From contig OY740781.1 in NCBI GenBank assembly GCA_963514005.1, forward strand, positions 179,056,001 to 179,120,000: 64,000 bases of DNA. The letters are read 5' to 3'. The stretch comes from Raja brachyura (taxonomy: Eukaryota). Under the pieces are notes generated by a model that did no database searches, was not told the origin of the DNA, and saw only the letters and a program-made list of their open reading frames with translations. A program made the translations under genes and the position numbers. How positions within the stretch are numbered: position 1 is the first letter of the stretch; each line of letters starts with the position of its first letter. This document shows positions 26,010 to 38,900 of the stretch, piece after piece.

Positions 26010-27301
26010 TGAATTGAATTGAATTGAATTGAATTCCTTTATTGTCATTCAGACCTTTCGGTCTGAACGAAATTACGTGCCTGCAGTCATACATATATAA
26101 AAATAACAATACCGTACAATAAACACAAAATTAACATCCACCACAGTGAGTTCACCAAACCTCCTCACTGTGGTGGAAGGCAAAAGTCTTAGGGTCACTG
26201 TCTTTCTCCCCTCCTTATTCTCCCTCTGCGCTGAGGAGATCCAGGCCTCCGCCACCGCTGACGCCGGAACACCGCCACAGGCCCGCCGCTGGAACACCGC
26301 CACAGGGCCCGCTGCTGGAACACCGCCACAGGGCCCGCCGCTGGAACACCGCCACAGGGCCCGCCGCTGGAACACCGCCCCAGGGCCCGCCGCTGGAACA
26401 CCGCCACAGGGCCCGCCGCCGGAACGTCGCTGGAGCACCGCAGCTCCCGAGACCCAGGTCGCCGCTGAAGCACCACAGCTCCCGAATCCCAGGCCGCCGC
26501 TGGAGCACCGCAGCTCAGAGGGAACCAGGCCGCCGCTGGAGCACCGCAGCTCTCGAATCCCAGGCCGCCGCTGGAGCACCGCAGCTCTCGAATCCCAGGC
26601 CGCCGCTGGAGCACCGCAGCTCTCGAATCCCAGGCCGCCGCTGGAGCACCGCAGCTCAGAGGGAACCAGGCCGCCGCTGGAGCACCGCAGCTCCCGACAT
26701 CCAGGTCGCCGCTGGAGCACCGCAGCTCAGAGGGAACCAGGCCGCCGCTGGAGCACCACAGCTCCCGAATCCCAGGCCGCCGCTGGAGCACCGCAGCTCA
26801 GAGGGAACCAGGCCGCCGCTGGAGCACCGCAGCTCAGAGGGAACCAGGCCGCCGCTGGAGCACCGCAGCTCAGAGGGAACCAGGCCGCCGCCGGAGCACC
26901 GCAGCTCCCGAATCCCATGTCGCCGCTGGAGCACCGCAGCTCAGAGGGAACCAGGCCGCCGCTGGAGCACCGCAGCTCCAGAAGCCCAGGTCGCCGCCGG
27001 AAGCAGGTCGCCGCTGAAGCTCTGAAGGCCGCGCCGCCGCCGCTGGAAGCTGGAAGGCCGTCACCAGGGCCTCAGCACAGACGGAGACGGTGTCGGGGGA
27101 CACGACAGGTAAAGTCGCATCCCCCCGAAGGGAGAGACTAAAACCCCGTTTCTCCCACCCTCCCCCCCCCCACACACACACATACACAACCCAACAAACC
27201 AAAAATAAACACCAAAAACAGGGACGAGGACAAAAATAAAATAAAAGACAGACGGACTGCAGGCGAGCCGCAGCTGACAAGCAGCGCTGCCACTTCCGGA
27301 C
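26010..27301 (-). mobile_element. Non-autonomous bipartite retroposon with internal VNTR, inserted into a V-SINE
   Basis: (ttgaa)n tail at 26009-26035; 3' module shared with 29400-29600 and 39350-39540; GTAT repeated at 26006-26009 and 27302-27305; the interrupted SINE resumes at 27302. Confidence 0.8.
26260..27010. repeat. GC-rich compound minisatellite (about 26-bp units, then 35/36-bp units)
   Basis: ggcccgccgctggaacaccgccacag arrays, then ccaggccgccgctggagcaccgcagctc(agagggaa|tcgaatc) arrays. Confidence 0.95.
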
Positions 27302-28451
27302 GTATGTTCTCCCCGTGACCACATGGGCTTTCTCCAAGATCTTCAGTTTATTCCCACACTCCAAAGATGTACAGGTTTGTAGGTTAATTGGCTTGGTATA
27401 AATGTAAATTATCCCTAGTGTGTGGGATAGCATTAATGCGCGGGGATCACTGGTTGGTGCGGACTCGGTGGGCCGAAGGGCCTGTTTCCATGCTGTATCT
27501 CTAAACTAAACTAAACTAAAGTAAAGGGTATTTTACGTGGCTTTTGGATAGGCACATGGATACACAGGAAATGGGGGGATGCAGATTATGTACAGGCACC
27601 ATCCTAAATTCCAAAGGATACCCATGAATCGAGTGGTACATAAAGGCTAGCACTGCCAATGACACTCACGCAACATGCTTCAACAGGACAAATGTCTGAC
27701 AGGAAGTACACAGGACTCCATTTTATGAAAGCATCTTCTCAATGTGCATCCACAGACTGTGTGTGATGTTTGAGCAAGCAATCAATATACGGAACGGTCT
27801 GCAACGCTGACATGTCGATCCTACCAATGGATCTCAACAGTGGAACCAAAACAGCTCACACATCTCAGCCCAAATAGAAAATACATCAGATTTTCCCCAT
27901 CAATGCTACTTAGAGGGATAGCACAATCCATAGTGACGTACATGATTGTTTATTTAAATAACTGTTTTAGTTGCACTAAGGACTTGAGTGTTTTGTAGTT
28001 ATAAACTTATTTATTACATATTATCAATGTGTATTGTGTTTAAGGTCTGTTATGCTGCTACAGGTTGGTGCACAACATTTCACAACCTCTATTCATGGAT
28101 CATCCCTTCTCATGAGTTTATCTCCATCTTTAATATGTTTATTTGTGTTCCATTGTCAATTCTTGCATCAAAGCAGACTGTACATTGAATATTACTGTCC
28201 TCTCAGGAATTTGCAGTCTTTCAGTAATTATCAGCACTCGGCTCCTTAGTTCACTCAGCGCTACTATCTGGAAAACCCCCAAACTATTTGTGAGTTGGTC
28301 CTATATTATTCCACATAATTAAGTGGAGAAAGAGCATGAAATTAGCTGTAATCCCGGCCCCATTTACTTTGCATACAGTAGGCTGGTTGGTTACTCCTGG
28401 ATCCACACAGTTTGCTTCACTGGAGCAATATCTTAATCTGTTCTTCTATCA

Positions 28452-28785
28452 ATAGACAATAGACAATAGGTGCAGGAGTAGGCCATTTGGCCCTTCGAGC
28501 CAGCACCGCCATTCAATGTGATCATGGCTGATCAACCTAAATCAGTACCCCGTTCCTGCCTTCTCCCCACATCCCCTGACTCTGCTATTTTTAAGAGCCC
28601 TATCTAGCGCTCTCTTGAAAGCATCCAGAGAACCTGCCTCCACCGCCTTCTGAGGCAGAGAATTCCACATACTCACCACTCTTGGTGAGAAAAAGTGTTT
28701 CCTCGTCTCCGTTCTAAATGGCTTACTCCTTATTCGTAAACTGTGGCCCCTGGTTCTGGACTCCCCCAACATCGGTTTCCTGCCT
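28452..28785 (-). mobile_element. CR1 LINE 3' end
   Basis: SRTRGHSLRIR...WNSLP; aatagac tail; same subfamily as the 43.5 kb element. Confidence 0.85.
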
Positions 28786-28876
28786 CAATGTTTATATCTG
28801 CGTGCAATTAGTGCTCCACTTAATAAGTTCTTAATTAGTGGTCGCAGCCCAGACCTTCACACAATCCAACATCTGT

Positions 28877-29600
28877 CATTCCTTTCTTTTTGTCCTGTTA
28901 GGTGTATGTTTTAGGTTTTAGTTTTATTTTATTTTTAGCTGTGTAAATGTGGGGGGGGCGGGGGAAACTTTTTAATCTCTTCCCTGCACGGGGACTCAAC
29001 CTTTTCCCTGTATAGTCTCCGTTGTCGTTGGGGCTTAGCATCATGGAGCCGGCGGCCTCCAACCAGAATCGACCTGGGGCTCCAGTCGCAGAGCCTGCGG
29101 ACTCACCATCGCGGAGCTGGCCAACTCCTTCGGAGGTTCGGAGGCTCCGGCTGCAGGCCCTGTGGGCGATAACATCGGGAGCTCGCGGGTCCCTGGTGGG
29201 AGATCGCTTTTCAGAGCTCCCGCAACGGCAACTTCTCCCGCCCGAATCGAGGGATTTAAATCGACCCGGAGCGGGGCCTTACATCACCCGGCGCAGCTTA
29301 AACGGCAGCGAGACTTAACATCAAAAGCCGCGATCAGCTCGATGCCCGAGTTTGACCGCTTGATTACGGGAGAAGAAGAATAAAGAACAGGGAACAGGGA
29401 AGAGATAAGACTTTTGCCTTTCATCACATGAGGAGATGTTTGGAGATGCACTGTGATGGATGTTTGTGTGGAATTGTGTTAATTGTGTGTTTTGGTTTTT
29501 TGCTGTTATGACTGCAGGAACGTAATTTCGTTTGAATTGTGTATGTTTAAATGACAATAAATGGCATTCTATTCTATTCTATTCTATTCCATTCTATTCT
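28877..29600 (+). mobile_element. Non-autonomous GC-rich retroposon, same family as the 26.0 and 39.4 kb elements
   Basis: T-rich/G-run head, GC-rich body, gacttttgcctt...cactgtgatggatgtt...aatgacaataaa and an (attct)n tail. Confidence 0.75.
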
Positions 29601-30773
29601 TCCCACACTCCAAAGATGTACAGGTTTGCAGGTAAATTGGCTTGGTGTAAATGTAATTTGTCCCTAGTGTGTGTAGGATAGCATTAATGTGCGGGGATCG
29701 CTGGTCGGTGCAGACTCGGTGGGCAGAAGGACCTGTTTCCGCCCTGTATCACTAAACCAAACTAAAGTTAAGAATAATTTAAGTGTTGTTTGGATAGGCA
29801 CATGGATATACAGGAAGTGGGGGATATAGATCATGTACATGCAGAGGAGATTGGTTTAATTTGGCATCCGGTTTGGCGTAGACATTGTGGGCCTGTTCCA
29901 GCGTTGTACTTTTCTATGTTCCCTCATTGTATTTCACAGCAATAGTTTATCTTTGCCAATTTTGTCCGTCACACACTCTGAATTTTTCTCTATAACTTCC
30001 TCCATCTCGCCTCCTTTTAATTTTTCCTTAACATTCATCTGTTCAGCTAACTTTTCTAAGACCCTTCCTAAGGTTTATCTTATCATTGCTGTAATCGGAC
30101 TGTGCTCTTACGAAATACTTTGGCACACTTTTCTCTATTACAGACTCAAGCTATTATCGGAATATTTCTGCCATTTTCCTTAAATTTGGAAACTAATTGT
30201 TTTGCTTTTGAGGCAAGAAAAATGATAAAAATCTGCCTAAAAGTCCTGTAGCAAGATTCTCACATGGAATGTCTTCATTATATTAGTCAGCAATTAATTC
30301 TATCAGGATATGCAAAATGACAGGTGTATAGGTTTAAAGAACGGTTATTTCCTGTTTGTAACCACTGGAAATCTTATTCTAGATTACATTTAGACATACA
30401 GTTATTATGGTCAAACCTTCACACCTGCCATAAGTCAGAATGAACTTATTTCACACATTTCACTGTACCAATTGGTACATGGGACAAATAAATGTATCTT
30501 GAATAAAAGGACATAGGGTGACATAAATATAGTGAAGAGCAGCATAAAACTACAAAGCAGAAAACAGATGTGCGGGTAGTTCACTTCCCTGCGAGAAATA
30601 GCATAAATTCTGAGTTATCGAGGCACAAAATAACTCATCAACAAATGACTGAAAACGTCAAGTCTATTCAAAACTAACCTTTTGAATAAAGGCATTGTCT
30701 ACTGTAACTTAAAACTATCCCTAACCTTTTCCAAATCCCTCACCTAATGTGCAAGGTTTGTTGATCTGAGTTA

Positions 30774-31119
30774 AAGCCCTGTCCTGCAGTACAAGTTCAT
30801 TCCAAGAGCTCTCCCGAGTTTGCCCTGATTCGAACTCGGAGATTTACGGTAATGGCCACTCGTCGGTACTCGGGGCTCTCGTGGACATTTTTCATCATGT
30901 TGAAAAATCTTCACGAGTCTTCCCGTGCTTACCTGCCGTTAGTGAGTCTTCCCGAGTACCTGCCGTTAGCGTTACGAGCCGCTCAGAGACATCCCCGAGC
31001 TCCACGTCCCTGAGCTCTGACATACCCGCTACGTTCATTCTCCGTGCTTACCACGAGTTTGATTTTTTTTTAAACTTGGGAGAGCTCTTGGAATGAACTC
31101 GTACCGTGGGACAGGGCTA
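30774..31119. mobile_element. PIF/Harbinger-like MITE
   Basis: About 45-bp imperfect TIRs (agccctgtcc...gttcattccaagagctctccc / gggagagctcttggaatgaac...ggacagggct) flanked by TTA at 30771-30773 and 31120-31122. Confidence 0.8.
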
Positions 31120-33114
31120 TTAGATATTAAAGTTCATCTCAAAACTTTAGAGATATAATTTTATAGCATATTCACAATTCTAACGGACAAGATAATCTGA
31201 ATTAACATTCAGCTGCTACACACCATGTTACATGCAAACCCTTACTGATGCTACTGAGTTTCATAGAACCTACACACCATCTGACTAATCCTTCTTTGCA
31301 GTGGTCTTATCTGCACAAGGAAAGTCACACGACCGGCCCTTGCATGGCCATTAATGTTAACATTAAAGTCATCATCTCACTCTCACATTCTGCACACCCC
31401 AATGTACAGCAGGTTTCCAAGTCTAGAGTTAGTTGGAAGGTACTTTGTGGTCTCGCAGAATCAGTTGTTTTAACTGACTTCCCACACCAGACCACGCACT
31501 CTGCAACTTGCAGCACAGCATGTGGTAGATATCCCACTTTATAATTAAAAACACAAAATACAGGATTAACTCAGTTGGTCAGGCAGCATCTCCGGAGAAC
31601 ATGGATAGGTGACATTTCGGATCAGAACCCTTCTTTAACCTATCAATTATAGAGTCAGCATTTGCCAACATCTGGGAGGTGGTTATAGTTATAGAGTCAT
31701 AGAGTCATACAGCGTGGAAAGATGCTCTTCGGCCCCACTCGCCCACACCGACCAATATGCTATAAGGTAGAAAGAGGAGGAAGAGGAGGCGCAGGAACAG
31801 TAGGAGATGAGAAGAAGGAAGGGAAGGAGGGGATGGAAGAAGATGATATCGGGAGCCCCATTTTTTTGTTGGAATGGCATGAACATACTGATAACATCCC
31901 AAGGTGGCTTTAAATGGTGGATGTGAAAGGACGTTTCATGTTTTATGAGAATCTTTAATTATGGGACATTGTTTAAAAATAAGGAGTCATTGATTTAAGA
32001 CATGGTTGAGGCAGCTTGAGGCACTTTTTCTCTATCACGGACAAAGTGTTTTTCCAATGTCTTCCTGAAAGGGAAGTAGAAACAGCAACCTTGAATATTT
32101 TTAATTCAGAGGTAGAAACAATTTTGATGAGCAAGGGGTGAAGATTAGCTGGGTAGGCAGGAATTCAGATTGAGGTTGCAATATTTTTGAATGGCAGAAC
32201 AGGCTGAAAGTGCCAGGTAGCCCACTCTTGCTCCTACTTGGTTTGTATATTGACATGTTCCTGTCTTGTTTTAAATGAGAAAATGCTTGAATGGAATTGA
32301 ATTGCAAACATGAAGACAATGAGGCCACAAAATACAGACATCATTCAGTCCTGGACTTATGTGACAAGTGAAATATGCCCCCACAAGTTTGAAACAGTGG
32401 AGACACAAGAAACTGCAGATAATGGAATCTGGAGCAAAACACAAAGTGCTGGAGAAGCTCAGACTAAAGAAGGGTCCCGACCCAAACATCATCTTTCCAT
32501 TCCCTCCACAAATGCTGTCTGACCTTCTGAGTTCCTTCAGCACTTTGTGTTTTGCCCAAATTTGAGACTGTGCTTTGTTTGTAGACTAAAAGATGCAGGT
32601 ACACGTATTGGGTTAGATGTAATCTTAGGGCTAAAGGAATCAAGATATATGGGGAAAAAGCAGGAACGGAGTACTGATTTTAGATGATTAGTCATGATCA
32701 TATTGAATGGTGGTGCTGGCTAGAAGGGCCAAATGGCCTACTCCTGCACCTATATTTCTGTTTCTATGTTACTATTGCTCCTTGCTGTTGTTGTCTATGG
32801 CAGATCATCGTACTATAAGCTGCTTAAGCTGCTTGTGGGTGTGACCATCTACTTTAATTCATACATTTTACTTTTTCAATTTAGTCATCATTTTGTAATA
32901 TTAAAAATGTTGACAATTTATTTTAAACTTTTTAGAGGTACATACATGTGCATACTGTCACATCAAGTCCTTGTTGGAGACAATACTCGTTTCTTACAAG
33001 ATGTAATGCCACTAACTTTCCTTGACATTCAACGGTATTAACTTTCATGGTCATGAAAGCAATATTGTAGGAGTCACCGTTGGTCTGAAACTGAAACAAG
33101 ATATCTATATAATT

Positions 33115-34208
33115 ATTGTAGACATCTACTATAAACCCACTGACTCCCATGGCTATCTGGACTACACTTCCCACCCTGTTTCCTGAAAGGACTCCATCTG
33201 CACCCAGGATGAGGCGTTCCAAACCAGGGCATCGGATATGTACTCATTCTTTATGGAACGGGGGTTCCCCTCTTCTGCTATAGATGAGGCTCTCACCAGG
33301 GTCTCTTCTATACCCCGTAATTCTGTTCTCACTCCCCATCCCCCCACTCATAACAAGGGCAGAGGCCCCCTTGTCTTCACCTTCCACCCTACTAGCTGTC
33401 ACACGAACAAATAATCCTCCGACATTAACGCCACCTCCAACGGGATCCCACCACTGGTCCCATCTTCCCATCTCCTCCCCTTTCGGCTTTCCGCAGAGAC
33501 CGCTCCCTCCCTAACTCCCTGGTCAATTTGTCCCTTCCCACCCAAACCACCCCCTCTCCTGGCACTTTCTCTTGTAACCGCAGGAAATGCTACACTTGTT
33601 GCTTTACCTCCCCCCTTGACTCCATTCAAGGACCTAAGCAGTCTTTCCAGGTGCGGCAGAGGTTCACCTGCACCTCCTCCAATCTCATCTATTGCATCCG
33701 CTTCTCTAGGTGTCAGCTGCTCTACATCGGTGAGACCAAGCGTAGGCTTGGCAATTGCTTCGCCCAACACCTCCGCTCGGTTCGCAATAACCAACCTGAT
33801 TTCCCGGTGGCTCAGCACTTCAACTCCCCCTCCCATTCCGAATCCGACCTTTCTGTCCAAGGCCTCCTCCCTGGCCAGAGTGAGGCGCACTGTAAATTGG
33901 AGGAGCAGCACCTCATATTTCGCTTGGGTAGTTTACACCACAGCGGTATGAACATTGACTTCTCCAATTTTAGGTAGTCCCTACTTTCTCCTTCTTTCCC
34001 CTCCCCTCCCCAGCTCTCCCACAGCCCACTGTCTCCACTTCTTCCTTTCTTCTTCCCATCCCTCCACCCCAACATCGGTCTGAAGAAGGGTCTCGACCCG
34101 AAATGTCGCCTATTTCCTTCGCTGCATTGATGCTGCCTCGCCCACTGAGTTTCTCCAGCATTTTTGTCTACCTTCAATTTTCCAGCATCTGCAGTTCCTT
34201 CTAAAACA
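33115..34208 (+). mobile_element. Penelope-like element 3' portion with GIY-YIG endonuclease
   Basis: ORF 33528-33977 FTCTSSNLIYCIR.SRC.LLYIGETKRRL..FAQH; upstream DIYYKPTDSH remnant; downstream terminal unit with ctgaagaagggtctcgacccgaaa. Confidence 0.92.
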
Positions 34209-35927
34209 TATATAATTATTGGAATTACTATGGTCAGTCAAAGACTGTGTATTCTGTGACACTGATTGAAACTAACTTGCCCTGCCTTCCACCATCTACG
34301 TTATATAAGTCAGGGATTCATGCGTTACTTTCCGTTTGTCGGCACGAGTGCAGCTTCAACAACACAAGAACATTGGCATCACTGACTAAAGCCAGATTAA
34401 ATGCACCCCATTCATCCACCTAAAGGTTGCCCCCTGCTATAACACTCACAAAGGGGCGTCTGCTTCTTATTGAGTCCACACACAAGATTAGATGGTGTTC
34501 AGCCAGAGCTGAACACACTTCTCGGCATCTGCACACAATGGTGTCTGTCTTGTGCTTCTTGTACTTCTTGTGCATGGTGGTGGAAAGACTGGTGAAAACA
34601 GGGCCGTGACGTGAACGCTCTTTCCTTGACCCCACAAAGGGGTTAAATTATATAATACCTGCAAAATGCACATCAACAACTTGCCCTGACAGTTTCTATC
34701 TCCTGGCCTCCACACACTATTCTACTCCAGAAAGTGTAGGTTTATCTGCCCCCAGGATATATCAACCCCTTCCCTCCCAACCCAGAAGCAGACAATTCAA
34801 GGTAGACAAAAGTGCTGGAGAAACTCAGCGGGTGCAGCAGCATCTATGGAGCGAAAGAAATAGGCAACGTTTTGGGCCGAAACCCTTCTTCCGAAACATT
34901 GCCTATTTCCTTCGCTCCATAGACGCTGCCACACCCGCTGAGTTTCTCCAGCACTTTTGTCTACCTTTGATTTTCCAGCATCTGCAGTTGCTGCTTAAAC
35001 AGCAGAGAATTCAATCTTTCCTTGTGAACATTCCCCGCTGGCTGGAGAATTTCTCCTTGCATCGTGGCGTGACTCTTTAAAGGAAGTCAGAGGTGTAAGG
35101 ATATATGGCAGAAGCACGAGGTTTGGGTAATAACGCCTTGTCTGCATGAAGAAGCACAGCAGCATTTCATAAGGGAAATCATCCCATAGTTTTCATGCAT
35201 GCACCAATAAACGCACTCCTGTCAGAAATGTTTGAAGCCGTTTCACAGAGATCGCTAATATTGATTTAATACTGAAAAATATTGTTGCAAATTCATTTCT
35301 AAGCTATTATTTTTACCATTACTTTTCTTTTATTTAAAACCCAGTAAATGTCTTCAATAGATTTATTTTTAGTTTCCTCATATCCCTATTGTGAGGATTC
35401 AAGCAATATTTTTAACTACTCTGCGGTTTTCTGATTTGCATTTAAAAGGTCCCTTGGAGTGCTCCATATTTCTTCAGCCACTCGCTCAATATAACTGTTT
35501 AACCCTTTAGTTAGTCCTTATTAATACGTGTTTTTTTTGTTTTTTTTCAGCCCATATTACTGTCGCTATGCTTTACATCTCTCTTCATCTGTGGGTCTCT
35601 ACTGTTTCTTGCATTGTTTAGAGCCAAAACTGGATTTATTTTTACTAAGAAAAATCATTGCAAGCTATCCAGTTGTGGTTGGATGAATGCCTGAAGTTGC
35701 GTTTTTGATTTTTAAAACTCCCCAATCAAAGGCAGTAGATCCAGCATCTGGTTTCTGTCTGAAGCTACGTCTTAAAATGGAACCGAAAATAATATGAAGC
35801 TAATTAAAGACACAAATTCAAAAAACAGGCGAAATACTTTGGTCTTCCATTTTGTTTGAGCACTCTGATGAGACTAAGTGGAGAGCCACAAGACAAAAGG
35901 AAGATCCTAGAAGGTGAAGCTCCAGTT

Positions 35928-35991
35928 ATGAAGAACAAACAAATACTGAAGCCTTTTGCAGCAATTCTGCTTTTCACAATTGTTGCAGCAG
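35928..35991 (+). CDS. JCHAIN: JCHAIN exon 1 (signal peptide, 64 nt)
   Basis: MKN start as in the mammalian J chain, hydrophobic FAAILLFTIVAA, phase-1 donor G|gtgtgg (weak) that fits exon 2. Confidence 0.82.
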
Positions 35992-38900
35992 GTGTGGCGT
36001 TTAATGATTACATTTTTCATTGTGCAATGTGATAATGTGATGAGTAAATATTTCCTGTTTTCTTAGCAATAGAAACCTCAAAAGTACAAAAACAAAATAA
36101 TAATGAAGACATTTTCTTCCTAAATAATGAGAAACAACAACAATGAGTTGATTGTTTGTGGAGACATTGGTACAAGCATGTGCAGAAATCATCGATTAGA
36201 CTTGTTGTAAATTGATTTGTGGACAGTACTTCAGAGCGGCACCGTGGTGCAGCTGGTAGAGCTGCTGCCTCACAATACCAGAGACCCGGGTTCGATCCTG
36301 ACCTTGGGTGCTGTCTGTGTGGTGTTTGCACGTTCTTTCTGTGATCGCTCGGATTTCCTTTCGGTGTTCTGGTTTTCCCCCACATACCAAAGACGTGCGG
36401 GTTTGTAGGTTAATTCTTTGTCTCCATTTAGTTATTTAAGCAAAGTGTCATAACAGGTCCTAAAGCATTCCATATTGATATCCATACCCAAGCTGATAGG
36501 CCACTGCTATATTGGGCCTCCTTGAGGATTAATTAAGTCTTTTTGAAATAAATAAAACAAAAATAAACAAAAAAATGTAATGAAAATATTTAAAATTCAA
36601 GTAAAATGCAATTGTTGAATATAAATGTATAAATAAATGGTCAGATTCACAAAAAAAGCTTACAAATTTTAAAATCACGTATATAGCAAATTAAAAAATG
36701 AAGTTCTGTTTCTTAAAACTCTACTGTATTTAAGACTCCAAAATACGTTGTTTCATGATTTAATTCAAATTGTAAAATAGTTGATATAATTTTTCAGAGC
36801 GCTGCTATCACCACATTATTTTAGATGGGATAAACCAGATAACCACAAATCCGTCAGCTTAGATAATATAGAGCGGCACAGTGGCAGAGTCTCTTTGTTT
36901 GTGATGAATATTTATGGCATGTTGGTGTCACTGGGAAGCCCAGCACTCATGTCCATTTGGATATCATGTCCATTTCTGTGTCCATTTGGATATCATGTAA
37001 AATCTCCACATTCCTACTTGCTACATTGCTAGGTACCAATGTTGGTTGTGATGAGGATGCAGAGGCTTCAGGAAAACAGACCAGAACTGATTGTGGCAAC
37101 ATGTACATTTGTACGCTTTGGTAGAAAAAATTTAAAGCCAGTCTTTTTAAGTAATTAAAGATTGAACGATGTGATAGAGGAATCTGAGTGTCCATTGACA
37201 TGAATTATTAAAATATAGCATACAGGCGCAACAAGAAATGAGTTATGTTGGCTTTTATTGCAAGAGGATTAGAGTACAAAAATACAAATGGCTTAAAACA
37301 ATTATCTAGGCTTACTGAGGCTGTACATACCTGCCTAATTTGGGAAGGGTAGATTCACCAGAAAATGCAACAAAGGTTCACCAGCTGATTCCAATGAGAG
37401 AGGTTGTGTTGTACGAGGTTTGATTAAACAGATTGGGACCAGGCTCTCTTACATCAATCTCTTAGATTAACGAGAAAAAGAGGTGATCTCACTGAAATAT
37501 ATGAAATCTCTATGAGACTTGACAGGATAGATTTAGGGATTCTTTCCCTTGACTGGGGAGGCTAAAATCATTCAGGTATCAGATGACAAAAAAATCACCG
37601 CAAAGGTAATAAATGTTAGGAATTCTCTATCCAAGGAATTTGTGGAAGAGAGTCACAGAGAGCAAAAGATTTCTAGATATTACGGGAATGAGCTTGGTAC
37701 AAAAAAACAATGTTGAGGGGAAAGAACTGCAATGATCTTAACAAACAACAGAGGCACAAGGGTACGTAAGGCCGACTCCTGTTTATTTTTCCTATGTCCT
37801 TAACATTTTAATAAACATTTGCTTTTTCAGAGGATCTTTAAATGGTTTTACTCATGGGTCATATAGAGCAATTTACCATTTGTAACGAAGACTTGAATAA
37901 AGTTATTATTTTCTGAATAAATCAAGGTATATTATTTTGCACAGTGACACCTGCTATGTGGTAGATTGTTCTGATATCAGTAATAAATGTCACAAAAACT
38001 AATTTCTCATTAAACTACGCTGATGAGGTCTGGGCATTCAGGGATGGTGTTTACAATCATCTAGAATTTTGCTCATCAGATTTTCCTTTCCCATCGTCTA
38101 TTCTTGCCAGCCAGTGCCAACCCCAGCGCACCAATATCCTTTTATTAAAGACCATCGATCCTTTGTATTTTGCTCTTATTAACAATAGTTTTAGAACATG
38201 CAGTTGATGAGCATAACTGTCTTAACTGTATATAGACACCAAAGTGCTGGAGTAACTTAGTGGGTCAGGCAGCATCTCTGGAGAAAAAGGACGTGTGACT
38301 GTTCGGGTTGGGACCCTTCTTCAGACTGTTGTTTCAGTCTGAAGAAGGGTCCCGACCCGAAGCATCACCTATCCTATTTCTCCAGAAATGCTGCCTGACC
38401 CACTAAGTTACTCCAGCACTTTGTGTCTATCTTTGATATAAACCAATGCCTGCAGTTCTTTGTTTCTATATCTTGTCTTTACATTAATAGTTTTTTCTGT
38501 ACTTGCAAGCCAATGAACAGATACATTCAATTTGCACCTGGACATTGTAACTTCCACACTTATAATAAGTGCTACTGATTCAGAAAGTTAATAACCACAT
38601 CTATTTTCTTACAGCTGATGCTGAAAGCCACCTTCTAGTTAAATCACAATGTAAATGCATGACTGTCACATCCAAAACAGCTGTTTCTGTATTGCCTAAT
38701 AGTGGACGCGTGGAGCAGCTCATGAGAGATATACACATTGTGTAAGTAAATGCATTTTCATATGTGAATGTATCCACATGGTTGAAAACATGCAAAGTCT
38801 AATTATTGGAGACTGTGGGCAATTATGTGCTGTGGTTCATCGATTCGTTATCACAAAAAGGAGGTAATCAATACATCAGTCAGACTCAGACCATAACACA

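Larger units (their letters stand above)
24128..29840. repeat. Segmental duplication block, copy 3 (deleted and rearranged)
   Basis: 24128 aligns with 8770; 27520-28060 matches about 3448-4005; 28061-28875 re-enters at the 2221-2700 segment. Confidence 0.88.

Noticed and set aside
26146-27141. 331-aa ORF and overlapping minus-strand ORFs
   Set aside because: By-product of a GC-rich minisatellite that lacks stops in several frames; lies inside a retroposon.
34420-34635. Minus-strand ORF containing MHKKYKKHKTD (BRD7/9-like start) and a CRC motif
   Set aside because: Similarity is limited to a low-complexity basic stretch; no signal peptide, splice structure or chemokine Cys spacing.
36798-36865. 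Acceptor-like ttttcag followed by ERCYHHIILDG..., considered as an exon of a helical cytokine
   Set aside because: Hits a stop, has no good donor, and exon 1 joins cleanly to the J-chain exon at 38615.
37831-37885. Acceptor-like gctttttcag in JCHAIN intron 1
   Set aside because: Weak donor and no homology; not needed for the gene model.
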